The notes under the pieces were generated by a model. It saw only the letters and a list, made by a program, of their open reading frames with translations, was not told where the DNA came from and made no database searches. 64,000 bases of DNA from the IMG/VR virus record IMGVR_UViG_3300032213_001850, positions 1 to 64,000 of that record; one strand, given 5' to 3'. Source of the stretch: a virus. Position 1 is the stretch's first letter; the number at the start of each line of letters is the position of its first letter. A program made the translations under genes and the position numbers. This document shows, piece after piece, positions 1 through 8,715 of this stretch.

Positions 1-8
1 AACCATCC

Positions 9-383
9 GTGAGAATCGCGAATATGGTCCTGAGATGGTGTCGTAGTAATATGGGTATAAACAAACGAAAAAAGTTTGAACCGATTTGGTCAGTAGTGAA
101 AGGATATGATACAGACTGTGGAGTGTATGACGCGGACGACAACGAAGTATACATATACTGGGACCAATGTAGTGATGTGAGAGAGTTAATCAATACGTGT
201 ATACACGAATGGACACACCAACTACAACCAATAAGAACGAAGTATTATAAGTACCCCGGTTCATATAGTAGAAACCCTTACGAAAGACAAGCGAGAAGGA
301 ATGAAGATAAGTATACACCGATAGTGTGGAAAGAATTAAAACATAAAATAAATAAAAAGTATAAAGATGGATTTCGCGATTAA
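9..383 (+). CDS. Putative zinc metallopeptidase-like protein (HExxH); may extend upstream of the window
   Basis: HEWTH motif followed by NPYERQAR, which supplies a likely third ligand Glu. Confidence 0.55.
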   Translation: MRIANMVLRWCRSNMGINKRKKFEPIWSVVKGYDTDCGVYDADDNEVYIYWDQCSDVRELINTCIHEWTHQLQPIRTKYYKYPGSYSRNPYERQARRNEDKYTPIVWKELKHKINKKYKDGFRD

Positions 384-597
384 TAAATTAAAAGATGATG
401 AGGTAGTATTGATAAAAAAGATTAAGTCTTTAAAGGATGGAAAACCTAAGTGGAAGTGTAGTGAAGAACTTAACGAGTTACGGTCCGCGATTAAGTTGTT
501 GGAGAGATACAACGATATAACCGAAAGTGATTTACAAAACGAAGATGAATACTTAAAACAAATCTTTGAGGTACACCCCGCAAAAGCAAAAGCTTAA
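367..597 (+). CDS. Hypothetical phage protein
   Basis: ORF overlapping the upstream stop; protein-like composition. Confidence 0.6.
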   Translation: MDFAINKLKDDEVVLIKKIKSLKDGKPKWKCSEELNELRSAIKLLERYNDITESDLQNEDEYLKQIFEVHPAKAKA

Positions 598-630
598 GTC
601 GACAATCTTAATAAAAATAAATTCAGTTAA

Positions 631-834
631 ATGTATAGTAGTATAGACATAGAGAAGTATAATAGTATAGAAGAACAAAGAAACCAAACTATGAGTGATA
701 ATAACTTTATAGAGTGGTGTAAACAATATAACATAGGTAGTAGAGTAGAGATAGTAAGTGAACATAGACTTAACGCAAATGAGTTAATGTCACAATATAC
801 TAAGTACACTAACTACATAAGTAAAAGAAATTAG
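631..834 (+). CDS. Hypothetical phage protein
   Basis: ORF with A-rich leader, same strand as neighbours. Confidence 0.5.
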   Translation: MYSSIDIEKYNSIEEQRNQTMSDNNFIEWCKQYNIGSRVEIVSEHRLNANELMSQYTKYTNYISKRN

Positions 835-1186
835 AGTTGGTTTTCTAATGTTTTCATTTTTTTTATTTTAATTACAAAGAGCTCCGAGAGGATGAACCGA
901 TATCGTAAATGATGTCGGTTTCTTTGTGCGCATTTTTCAACAAACTTTTTTCGCGGGGTTGGAGGAAAAACGAAACAGTTACCTGTAGCTCGGCAAAAAG
1001 TCGCTATGAAAAAACGGGTCGGACCCGTGCGAATACCGGGGTCAATTTTTTTGTGTATAGGAGCTATTTTGACATGGTGTATGATACACACAAAGTGAAA
1101 TTAACTGTTTTTCTTTTACCTAAGATATACTTATTAATACGATATCGGAATAGGTTGACTTATTTCTTAACCAAAACAAATGAAAT

Positions 1187-1297
1187 ATGGAAGTATTAGA
1201 TTTCGTTTTACACTATCCGTTTTGGGTAGGTGTATTAGTAGGGTGGAAATTATTACCTTACGCAATTACTTTTTTCAAAAGGTTTATTAAATTATAA
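1187..1297 (+). CDS. Small membrane protein, 36 aa (MEVLDFVLHYPFWVGVLVGWKLLPYAITFFKRFIKL), below ORF-track cutoff
   Basis: Read from sequence; one hydrophobic helix with basic tail; A-rich leader; followed directly by a terminator. Confidence 0.55.
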   Translation: MEVLDFVLHYPFWVGVLVGWKLLPYAITFFKRFIKL

Positions 1298-1303
1298 ACT
1301 GAG

Positions 1304-1336
1304 ACCCTCTACTTAAAATGTAGGGGGTTTTTTATT
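1304..1336 (+). terminator. Rho-independent terminator
   Basis: accctctac-ttaaaat-gtagggggt hairpin followed by a T-run. Confidence 0.8.
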
Positions 1337-1346
1337 TGCATTTGAG

Positions 1347-1354
1347 ATATTTAT
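1347..1354 (+). promoter_or_regulatory. ATATTTAT putative phage late promoter
   Basis: Same octamer lies in intergenic gaps before about ten genes in the window. Confidence 0.55.
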
Positions 1355-1360
1355 TGGTAT

Positions 1361-1561
1361 ATGAAACTAAAAGAATTATTATTAAATAAGTTAATGGATG
1401 AGGGAGTTTGTGAAAGACTACCTAACGAAACGGACAATGAGTTCTTAACCCGTTGTGCAAATCAAATCTATAATCCAATTGGTTCAGTTGCAGATAGAAG
1501 TAATGTACCTCTTACAATGAAAAAGAAAATCGTTATTCCTATACCAATTAAAAAGAAATAA
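1361..1561 (+). CDS. Hypothetical protein
   Basis: ORF directly after ATATTTAT motif. Confidence 0.6.
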   Translation: MKLKELLLNKLMDEGVCERLPNETDNEFLTRCANQIYNPIGSVADRSNVPLTMKKKIVIPIPIKKK

Positions 1562-1562
1562 T

Positions 1563-1898
1563 ATGTTGGCCGAAAAAACATATACCTCTGCAGCAAACGA
1601 TTTTGGAGTTTCAGTAGGAGTTGCACATATTATACAAAAAGAAATAAAAGAATTAAAAAACAAAAACGAAATTGTAAAGTATAGTGATGATTCGTATATA
1701 AACAATGTAATCAATCGTTGTATTGAGATGGGTAAATATAAGTTATTACAAAGAACTATTTATAGAATAAGAAAAAAAGCAGGCAAAAGAAATATCAAAG
1801 AAGTTAGTATTTATAGAAAATGTTGGTATTTTATAGCAAATGGATATGATAAAAGAAATAAACCAAAATCCGGAGCGATACTCCACCAAATTAGATAG
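1563..1898 (+). CDS. Hypothetical protein (3' half uncertain)
   Basis: Coupled to upstream stop; overlaps next ORF by 59 nt. Confidence 0.4.
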   Translation: MLAEKTYTSAANDFGVSVGVAHIIQKEIKELKNKNEIVKYSDDSYINNVINRCIEMGKYKLLQRTIYRIRKKAGKRNIKEVSIYRKCWYFIANGYDKRNKPKSGAILHQIR

Positions 1899-2871
1899 AT
1901 ACCAAATCTCTGCCACATCCTCTATCAAACCTTTGGATTTACCTTTTGGAGATTTACCAGAAGGTTTGATGCCAGTATTAGAGGTAGATGGCATCATAGT
2001 GAATGTAAATGAGTATAAATTAATTTCTCAAGCAACATTAGATTTAATTAAAGAATCTAATAACCCACACTATGATATAAAGATGAATGGTGAAGTAAAA
2101 ACAACCTCTAATAAAATTGGTACAATCGGACAAACTATCCCCTCTATAACACTCAATATAGATAATTTAATTTCAGTAGGAACGAATAGAGATATATTAA
2201 ATAGAGTTGCAGGTGTAACAGATGTAAACTATGTATATGAAGGTAGTGTTGTTATAGAAGGTACTTTATTAACACAAAACTTAATAGACCAAATTAACTA
2301 TACTCTTAATAAGGATATAGATAGACCAATGGATGAATATACTCTTGCTGAATTAAAACTTTCCGATGCAAAGAACTATGATATAACTGGATTAACCCTT
2401 GCAACAGCTCAAACGGATGATACAATATTCAATAATGATAAACTAAAAGAATTCCTTATCGGTATTAAAGAAAGAATGAAAGCACTTACTTTAGATTTCA
2501 ACATTATAAAGGATATACACTATAAAGGTCAAATACCACCTGATTTTCCTACTTATGTTGTTAAAAGGATGGCAACTGCAGAAGATGAACAAGAAGATGG
2601 TGATTTTAATATTGTAACCAAAACATCCGAATTAGTAAGTGTCGAAAAAACACCGGCTCAAAAACTACAAGAAGAACAACAACTTGCAGCTAAGAAATTA
2701 CAAACACAATTAGAAGAAAGTATAAGTGTACAAGAACAAGCACTTGCAGGTGCACAAGCTGCCGATAATAGAACACAACAATATATTCAACAACAATTGG
2801 AAGTGACTCGTAATCAATTGGCCTCAACAAGTGCTGCATTACAAAGTGTACAAAAAACATTAGAAAAATAA
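1840..2871 (+). CDS. Hypothetical protein with C-terminal Gln-rich coiled coil
   Basis: 343-aa ORF; heptad Q/L/A-rich C-terminus. Confidence 0.75.
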   Translation: MDMIKEINQNPERYSTKLDRYQISATSSIKPLDLPFGDLPEGLMPVLEVDGIIVNVNEYKLISQATLDLIKESNNPHYDIKMNGEVKTTSNKIGTIGQTIPSITLNIDNLISVGTNRDILNRVAGVTDVNYVYEGSVVIEGTLLTQNLIDQINYTLNKDIDRPMDEYTLAELKLSDAKNYDITGLTLATAQTDDTIFNNDKLKEFLIGIKERMKALTLDFNIIKDIHYKGQIPPDFPTYVVKRMATAEDEQEDGDFNIVTKTSELVSVEKTPAQKLQEEQQLAAKKLQTQLEESISVQEQALAGAQAADNRTQQYIQQQLEVTRNQLASTSAALQSVQKTLEK

Positions 2872-2879
2872 AAAGTTAT

Positions 2880-3152
2880 ATGAAATTAAAGTTATTAAGT
2901 GAAAACACAATCAAATGTATGGAACATATCGGAGTAGTGATGCGAATGATTGCATTTGGAACTCTTTCTATTATGGGCCCTCAAACTCCTTTCTTACCTA
3001 TGTGGATATGGAATACAATCGATGCCGTCATTTTAACATATGCTGCATGGGAAAGAAACAACAAAGCTTATATCATTTTAAATGCCTTTTGGTGTATAGT
3101 TGGATTGGTAGGCATTTACACATCAATTTTTGGAAATGGTATCTCACACTAA
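2880..3152 (+). CDS. Small multi-pass membrane protein
   Basis: Three hydrophobic segments. Confidence 0.6.
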   Translation: MKLKLLSENTIKCMEHIGVVMRMIAFGTLSIMGPQTPFLPMWIWNTIDAVILTYAAWERNNKAYIILNAFWCIVGLVGIYTSIFGNGISH

Positions 3153-3291
3153 GTTAATATCAAACATAGTAACCCTTATAATCCTTTCCCCACTACTTAT
3201 GGTTGCAATGGTTGGTCTTATTATCTATTGGGTGTGTAAGTTTCCGTTTTGGTATATAGAGAGAAGGAAATGGTATAGAAATGAGAAATAG
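3136..3291 (+). CDS. Small membrane protein, 51 aa (MVSHTKLISNIVTLIILSPLLMVAMVGLIIYWVCKFPFWYIERRKWYRNEK)
   Basis: Read from sequence; long hydrophobic stretch followed by basic tail; overlaps upstream stop. Confidence 0.5.
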   Translation: MVSHTKLISNIVTLIILSPLLMVAMVGLIIYWVCKFPFWYIERRKWYRNEK

Positions 3292-3370
3292 AATGGTACT
3301 ATCAATAGAAGGTATGTTCTAAAAATTTTCTTAAAAAACGACTTTCTCCCCCTACCCCCCTACCCCTTTA

Positions 3371-3400
3371 TTTGGTAATTTAAAAAAATTATTGTATATT
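3371..3400 (+). promoter_or_regulatory. Bacteroidota-type housekeeping-sigma promoter (TTTGG...TATATT)
   Basis: TTTGGTAAT at 3371 and TATATT at 3395; the same spacing recurs at several other sites. Confidence 0.65.
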
Positions 3401-3421
3401 TATTTAAAATAGATTATAATT

Positions 3422-3429
3422 ATATTTAT
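3422..3429 (+). promoter_or_regulatory. ATATTTAT putative late promoter for the ATP-grasp/Hint gene
   Basis: Octamer ends 26 nt before the ATG at 3456. Confidence 0.55.
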
Positions 3430-3455
3430 AGAAAGAAATAAAACATAAAAAAAAT

Positions 3456-4901
3456 ATGAAAGCAGTATTAATAGCTACGGATTACATTAAAACACCAACA
3501 AATGATTACAAGGTTTTAGAAATAAACACCCAAGCGGCAATTATTGCAGATATGGATGTTTTAGACTGGACAGGTCTTACTAACTTTATTCAAAGTAATT
3601 CTTTTACAAACGTACATTGTATATTACCAACATACGATAAAAGATTCTCAGTTAAATTAAATCAAATTTGTGATTCTATTGGTGGAATCCAATACCAATC
3701 ATACGAAACAGGTGATAGTTCTATTACCGTACCATATATTGAAGATAATGATAATACACTTATTATAAGACTTTCATATGATACTACTGCAGTTATTGAT
3801 GATGAATATGCAAAAGATATGTATAATTTTTTAAGAGCAATAGGAGGCCAGACTTTTAACGCAAAAACATACATACCAAATATTGTTGATGATTTTTCAA
3901 ATATTGATGATTTTTCATATACATCAAATACACCAAATTTTATTATAAAAAAGAGATATCCAAATTATGATAAAAATTTACATCCTAGATTATACAAAAT
4001 TCAAAATTTAGCAGAATTAAATGCATTAAAAACGGAAGTTGAAGTAGATACCGAATTTTTACAAGAGTTTGTAGACTCAGAAATTTTATCTGGTAAAAGA
4101 ACAATTGTTAGAGGTATTGATATTATATATGGTGCCGATTTAAATGTTATTTCAATGGGTGGTTATAAGGTATCAAGCTTTATTAGAGAAGATATTTGGG
4201 AAACCACTTTTAACGAAACAGGTAAACTATCTAGCAAAGACAGACCTAAATATATAACTTATTACACAAATCTAACAGAATTAAGTGCATATATATACGA
4301 TGCCGACCAACTGGTTTTAATGGCAGATGGTAGTAGAAAAGAATTTTCACAATTAGAGACAGGTGATAGTGTAAAATCAATTTCATTATCAACTTTACCT
4401 TTGGATGAAACCGAATATAAAGTATCCGAGTGGTCTGGTAGTCACACCGAATTTATTGCAAATTTTGAAGTAAGTGAAACAGCGGTAGTAGTAAAAACAA
4501 CAAAAACGCAAAACAATTTTTTCATTAAAATAACCTTAGATGGTACAATAGAGTGGGATGATTTACCTGGAACACAAATTCTTGTTAGAGAAGATGATAT
4601 TATTAGATTCAAACTGGTTAATGAATTGGAAATCGGTGATGTAATGGAATTATTTAGTACCGAAACTGAAACTGTTGTAAGTAAAACTGTAACTGATTTA
4701 GAAATTACATTTAAAGAAAATGCAGAAGTCGGTTCAATTGATGTAGAACCACTTGATTTATTTTTACCATTAGTTACCAATACATTTGCAATTATACAAC
4801 ACAATGCATGTAATACTAACTTTTGTAGACAATATGGTCAGGATTGTAATTGGTACTACAAATGTACCGACTGTTCAGGAGTGCAATGTCCAGCTAAATA
4901 A
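3456..4901 (+). CDS. Fusion of circularly permuted ATP-grasp ligase, Hint (intein-like) domain and Cys-rich C-terminal peptide
   Basis: N-terminal D-x11-EIN (TDYIK...KVLEINT), FIIKKRYP and FLQEF fit a permuted ATP-grasp; LVLMADGSRKEFSQLETGDSV is Hint block A; IDVEPLDLF...IIQHN is blocks F/G; then a 31-aa six-Cys tail. Confidence 0.7.
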   Translation: MKAVLIATDYIKTPTNDYKVLEINTQAAIIADMDVLDWTGLTNFIQSNSFTNVHCILPTYDKRFSVKLNQICDSIGGIQYQSYETGDSSITVPYIEDNDNTLIIRLSYDTTAVIDDEYAKDMYNFLRAIGGQTFNAKTYIPNIVDDFSNIDDFSYTSNTPNFIIKKRYPNYDKNLHPRLYKIQNLAELNALKTEVEVDTEFLQEFVDSEILSGKRTIVRGIDIIYGADLNVISMGGYKVSSFIREDIWETTFNETGKLSSKDRPKYITYYTNLTELSAYIYDADQLVLMADGSRKEFSQLETGDSVKSISLSTLPLDETEYKVSEWSGSHTEFIANFEVSETAVVVKTTKTQNNFFIKITLDGTIEWDDLPGTQILVREDDIIRFKLVNELEIGDVMELFSTETETVVSKTVTDLEITFKENAEVGSIDVEPLDLFLPLVTNTFAIIQHNACNTNFCRQYGQDCNWYYKCTDCSGVQCPAK

Positions 4902-4917
4902 ATAAAAACAAATAATT

Positions 4918-5031
4918 ATGGAAATTATAAAAAATGATATAGTAGAAATTACTATTGAAGAAAAAACCGAAATTGCCAATATATTTCAAAGTATTATATT
5001 GAGTATTAAAAATGATATATTAAATCAATAA
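4918..5031 (+). CDS. Small protein, 37 aa (MEIIKNDIVEITIEEKTEIANIFQSIILSIKNDILNQ)
   Basis: Read from sequence; A-rich leader; fills the gap between the Hint gene and the next promoter. Confidence 0.55.
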   Translation: MEIIKNDIVEITIEEKTEIANIFQSIILSIKNDILNQ

Positions 5032-5035
5032 TTAT

Positions 5036-5064
5036 TTTGTAAATCAAAATATTTTTAGTATATT
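5036..5064 (+). promoter_or_regulatory. Bacteroidota-type promoter for the tailoring-enzyme operon
   Basis: TTTG at 5036 and TATATT at 5059. Confidence 0.5.
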
Positions 5065-5070
5065 AGTGTT

Positions 5071-5349
5071 ATGGAAATTAATATTAAAGAAATAACAACC
5101 GCATGGTTTGATTCGTTTTGGGGTTCAAAAGAACAAAAACTCTTAGCACAAGATAGATTGGATATATGTCTTAAATGCCCATCAAAAAATGAGTTATTTA
5201 AAGATAAAGAATGGTCACTTTATTGTAAAGAATGTGGTTGTCCATTGAGTAAAAAAATATATTCAAATTTAAGAAATTCATGTCCATTGGGTAAATGGGA
5301 AGAAGCAGCAAAAAAACATGAAAGTGTTTTTATAAAAAAAATGTTATAG
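5071..5349 (+). CDS. Small Cys-rich metal-binding phage protein
   Basis: CLKC...CKECGC..K......CPLGKW pattern. Confidence 0.7.
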   Translation: MEINIKEITTAWFDSFWGSKEQKLLAQDRLDICLKCPSKNELFKDKEWSLYCKECGCPLSKKIYSNLRNSCPLGKWEEAAKKHESVFIKKML

Positions 5350-5351
5350 AT

Positions 5352-5873
5352 ATGATTGCATCCATAATAGAATCTGTATATGGATTTTTAAGTGAAGAGG
5401 ATTTAAATTTATTAGATAATTTATGTGTTAATTTTGATATTGACACTTCAATTAGTACAACACCTAAAAAGGGAAATTTCTATTATAGAATGTTTGTAGA
5501 CAACGAAACTCAATTTATTGATTATCAAACTACTATTAAAACTCACATACAAAAAAAATATAAAGTTGATGTTGAAATAGCTGCTATTTGGATAAATAAG
5601 GTTACTTCCGAAACAAATAAAAATGATAAATTTCATCATGATGAATGTGATTTTACGGTTGTATCATATATTAATGATAATTTTGAAGGAGGAGAATTTA
5701 CATTTCAAAAAAATCAAACTCCACCCACCGAAAAAATAAAACCAAAAAGAAATTTAAGTTTAATTACAAACGATAAATTACCACACAAAGTATTACCCGT
5801 AACATCTGGTGAAAGATATTCATTAATAGTTTTTTGTGATATACCCAAAAAAAACAAAAAAACAATGTTATGA
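5352..5873 (+). CDS. 2OG-Fe(II) oxygenase (prolyl-hydroxylase-like)
   Basis: HHD...FEGGEF...HKV.PVTSGERYSL. Confidence 0.85.
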   Translation: MIASIIESVYGFLSEEDLNLLDNLCVNFDIDTSISTTPKKGNFYYRMFVDNETQFIDYQTTIKTHIQKKYKVDVEIAAIWINKVTSETNKNDKFHHDECDFTVVSYINDNFEGGEFTFQKNQTPPTEKIKPKRNLSLITNDKLPHKVLPVTSGERYSLIVFCDIPKKNKKTML

Positions 5874-6496
5874 CGGAAATAAATTTAAATAATGAAGATA
5901 TAATTTATAAATCAAATTTAAAATTAGAACCTAGATTTGATAAACAAACATTTATAGAAAAATTAATAACTGTTGATAATTTAGTAAAAACTACTAATCA
6001 AAAATTTGGTGCCGGTGCACCGGGTAGACAATCAAGTTTGTCGAAAATGTATATACCTGAACTAATCTTTATAAAAGATAAAATTTGTGAACTATTATCT
6101 AAAACATTTAAAATTAGTAATAATTTCATAATTTATGATTGGTTATATTATAGTGATAAAGACAACGCTTATACTGGATATCATACTCATGATATATTAG
6201 CACCAATACAATCAAGTATTAACCACATTGATAACTTAAAAACAGATTATAGTTTCACTTATTATGTTCAAATGCCAAATAATTTAAAAGATAATCAAGG
6301 TAAATTATTTTTTAAAACAAAATCGGGTTATGAATTTTCAGTATTACCTGAAGAAGATGATATTTTTATTTTTCCAGGTGATTTACAACACAAACCAGAA
6401 ATTAATCCAAATTCTACTAAATCAAGAATAGTGGTCGCGGGTAATGTTGCGTTTTTTGATAATCATATTGCAAAAAGTAAAAAAACTTTTTTATAA
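5870..6496 (+). CDS. 2OG-Fe(II) oxygenase-like (HxH type)
   Basis: YHTH...FTYYVQMP...IFIFPGDLQHKP...RIVVAGN. Confidence 0.8.
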   Translation: MTEINLNNEDIIYKSNLKLEPRFDKQTFIEKLITVDNLVKTTNQKFGAGAPGRQSSLSKMYIPELIFIKDKICELLSKTFKISNNFIIYDWLYYSDKDNAYTGYHTHDILAPIQSSINHIDNLKTDYSFTYYVQMPNNLKDNQGKLFFKTKSGYEFSVLPEEDDIFIFPGDLQHKPEINPNSTKSRIVVAGNVAFFDNHIAKSKKTFL

Positions 6497-6510
6497 TTAA
6501 AATAAATAAA

Positions 6511-6876
6511 ATGAATGTTATAAATACAAACCCAAAACTATATCTTAAATATATTGATGATATAAAAGGATTTGGTGTTTTTACTAACCAAAAGATTAAG
6601 AAGGGGGAATTAATTGAAGAATGTTATTCTCTTTGTGTTGATAAATCGGTTAATGGATTTGACCCTTACAATTTTTATTATAGAGGAGATAGTAGATTAT
6701 TACCACTTGGATTTGGTATGATTTATAATCATAATAATAGTGCAAATATTGGCTGGAAAATTATTGATGAAAACAAGAAAATTATAAACTTTTTTGCACT
6801 TACTGATATTGATATAGATTATGAACTTTGCCATAATTACGGACCGTTATATTTAAAACATAGACCATTATTATGA
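6511..6876 (+). CDS. SET-domain protein lysine methyltransferase
   Basis: KGFGVF..QKIKKGELIEE, IYNHNNSAN, ELCHNYG. Confidence 0.85.
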   Translation: MNVINTNPKLYLKYIDDIKGFGVFTNQKIKKGELIEECYSLCVDKSVNGFDPYNFYYRGDSRLLPLGFGMIYNHNNSANIGWKIIDENKKIINFFALTDIDIDYELCHNYGPLYLKHRPLL

Positions 6877-7460
6877 TTTATCAAGAAAAAATATTTACAA
6901 AAGAAGAATGTGATAAAATTATATCTTATCAAAATGTATATTTAGATTTACTTTTTAGAGATAAAGAACCATCTATTGATTTAGAAAACAGAAGAATAGA
7001 TAATGTGGGCATGGTTATCAAAGGTAAAAAATTAGGTAAATTTTTTAATGTTTGGGATATTGTAAATAATAGTGAATCGGAATGGATGTTTGAAAAACTA
7101 TTTAATTGGTTTTCAAATGTTTCAAAAATTCAATTGAATCCAAATAATAAACCATATGGTTGTTCTTTGCATAAATACTCAAAAGGTGATTCTTTTACAA
7201 AACACATAGATTTGAATACTAATTTTCCAGATAGAAGATGGAATTTGGGAATACAATTAAATGAGGATTATACTGGTGGTGAATATATTTGTTATGATAA
7301 TAACAACAACGAAATAGTATTAAGTAAAGAAGTAGGTACTGCAGTAGCATATAATTCTACAACCTTACATGAAATAAAAGAAATACTTTCAGGAGAAAGA
7401 TGGTCAATTGTTGTACCTGTGTGGAAAAATTACTTATTAGAAAAAAATAATTTACTATGA
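6873..7460 (+). CDS. 2OG-Fe(II) oxygenase
   Basis: KHID...IQLNEDYTGGEY...LHEIKEILSGERWSIV. Confidence 0.85.
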   Translation: MIYQEKIFTKEECDKIISYQNVYLDLLFRDKEPSIDLENRRIDNVGMVIKGKKLGKFFNVWDIVNNSESEWMFEKLFNWFSNVSKIQLNPNNKPYGCSLHKYSKGDSFTKHIDLNTNFPDRRWNLGIQLNEDYTGGEYICYDNNNNEIVLSKEVGTAVAYNSTTLHEIKEILSGERWSIVVPVWKNYLLEKNNLL

Positions 7461-8017
7461 TTTATTATGAAAAAATATTTACATATGAAGAATGTAAAAC
7501 CATTATAGGGTATCATAAAACATATAAAGAATTAGAAGGATGGTTTCCAAAAGAAAATATTAAGGGACAAAGAACATCAGATAGGCGTAAATCATTTTCA
7601 TATGAAGTTTATGTCATTCCAAATAATAATGAAACTGAATGGTTTTTTGATAGATTGATAAAATGGTTTAGTAAAAATAATAATATAAAAATTAACGAAA
7701 ATAATAAAATACCATCATGTACATTACACCGATATACAAAAGGTGACCTTTTTAAAAAACATATAGATTTAACAAAAGAATTTCATGAACGTAGATATAA
7801 TTTAGGAATACAATTAAATGATGAATATTTTGGTGGAGAATATAAAGCATGGGATGATAATGATATTGAACATACTTTACCAAAAGAGCCAGGGACCGCA
7901 ATTTCGTATCATTGTAGAATATTACATGAAATAAAAGAAATTTTAGATGGTGAAAGATGGTCAATTGTTTTACCAATAGAAAAAGATTTTATTATTGAAC
8001 CAAAACATTTTTTATAA
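7457..8017 (+). CDS. 2OG-Fe(II) oxygenase, tandem paralog of 6873-7460
   Basis: KHID...IQLNDEYFGGEY...LHEIKEILDGERWSIV. Confidence 0.85.
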   Translation: MIYYEKIFTYEECKTIIGYHKTYKELEGWFPKENIKGQRTSDRRKSFSYEVYVIPNNNETEWFFDRLIKWFSKNNNIKINENNKIPSCTLHRYTKGDLFKKHIDLTKEFHERRYNLGIQLNDEYFGGEYKAWDDNDIEHTLPKEPGTAISYHCRILHEIKEILDGERWSIVLPIEKDFIIEPKHFL

Positions 8018-8715
8018 TGTCTTTATTAATTAATAATGAATTAATATGGGTATCTGTGCCTAAGTGTGCAAGTTTTTCAATTGAAGTGGCCTTATTAAAA
8101 TCTAATTTAGATATAATACAACATTCGAAAGCCAATAAAAATCAAAAACACCATACCCATATTGCTTTACACATATTAAAAGAAGAATTTGGTGATAAAA
8201 AAAGTATATGTATTAAAAGAGATTGGTTTGAAAGATGGTTAAGTTCTCTACAATATATTTTAGAAAACATAAAACTTAATAATAGTTTGAAACTAATTAA
8301 AGAATGGAAAGATGTTGATAATCAATTTATATATGATACATTTACCGATGAGTTTTCAAATGTATTTCATTCAGGAGAAACAAAATCAGAAAATATATGT
8401 TATGGTAAATTTTTAAAAAATAAAGAAGAAATAATTAAATTTGACAAAAAATCTTCTTTTCATATGCAGAAATTATCAACACTTTTTTCTCAAAATCACT
8501 GGAAAGAAAATAATAAATGTGATTATGAATTTGACATAAACGAAATAGATAAATTTGTAGATTTTATAGAGGAACGATTTGGAGAAAAATTAATAATTAA
8601 TAAACTAAACTCAAACCCAAAAGCAAAAAGTAAAATAATTATAAATGATGAGTTAAAATCGTTTATTTGGGATAAGTTTGAAAAAAGATATAATAAAAAA
8701 AATTATTTGTTATAA
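8017..8715 (+). CDS. Sulfotransferase-family protein
   Basis: 5'-PSB-like VPKCASFSI and 3'-PB-like RDWFERWLSS. Confidence 0.7.
   Translation: MSLLINNELIWVSVPKCASFSIEVALLKSNLDIIQHSKANKNQKHHTHIALHILKEEFGDKKSICIKRDWFERWLSSLQYILENIKLNNSLKLIKEWKDVDNQFIYDTFTDEFSNVFHSGETKSENICYGKFLKNKEEIIKFDKKSSFHMQKLSTLFSQNHWKENNKCDYEFDINEIDKFVDFIEERFGEKLIINKLNSNPKAKSKIIINDELKSFIWDKFEKRYNKKNYLL

Noticed and set aside
831-1199. ORFs 909-1199 (+) and 831-1091 (-)
   Set aside because: Atypical composition; they span a structured GC-richer region better explained as non-coding
1700-1898. Frameshift joining 1563-1898 to 1840-2871
   Set aside because: The frame upstream of 1840 looks protein-like but has TAA and TAG stops; cannot be supported without homologues
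4293-4805. Canonical splicing intein or homing element
   Set aside because: No N-terminal Cys/Ser, no TxxH, +1 residue is Ala and there is no endonuclease domain; only C-terminal cleavage is plausible
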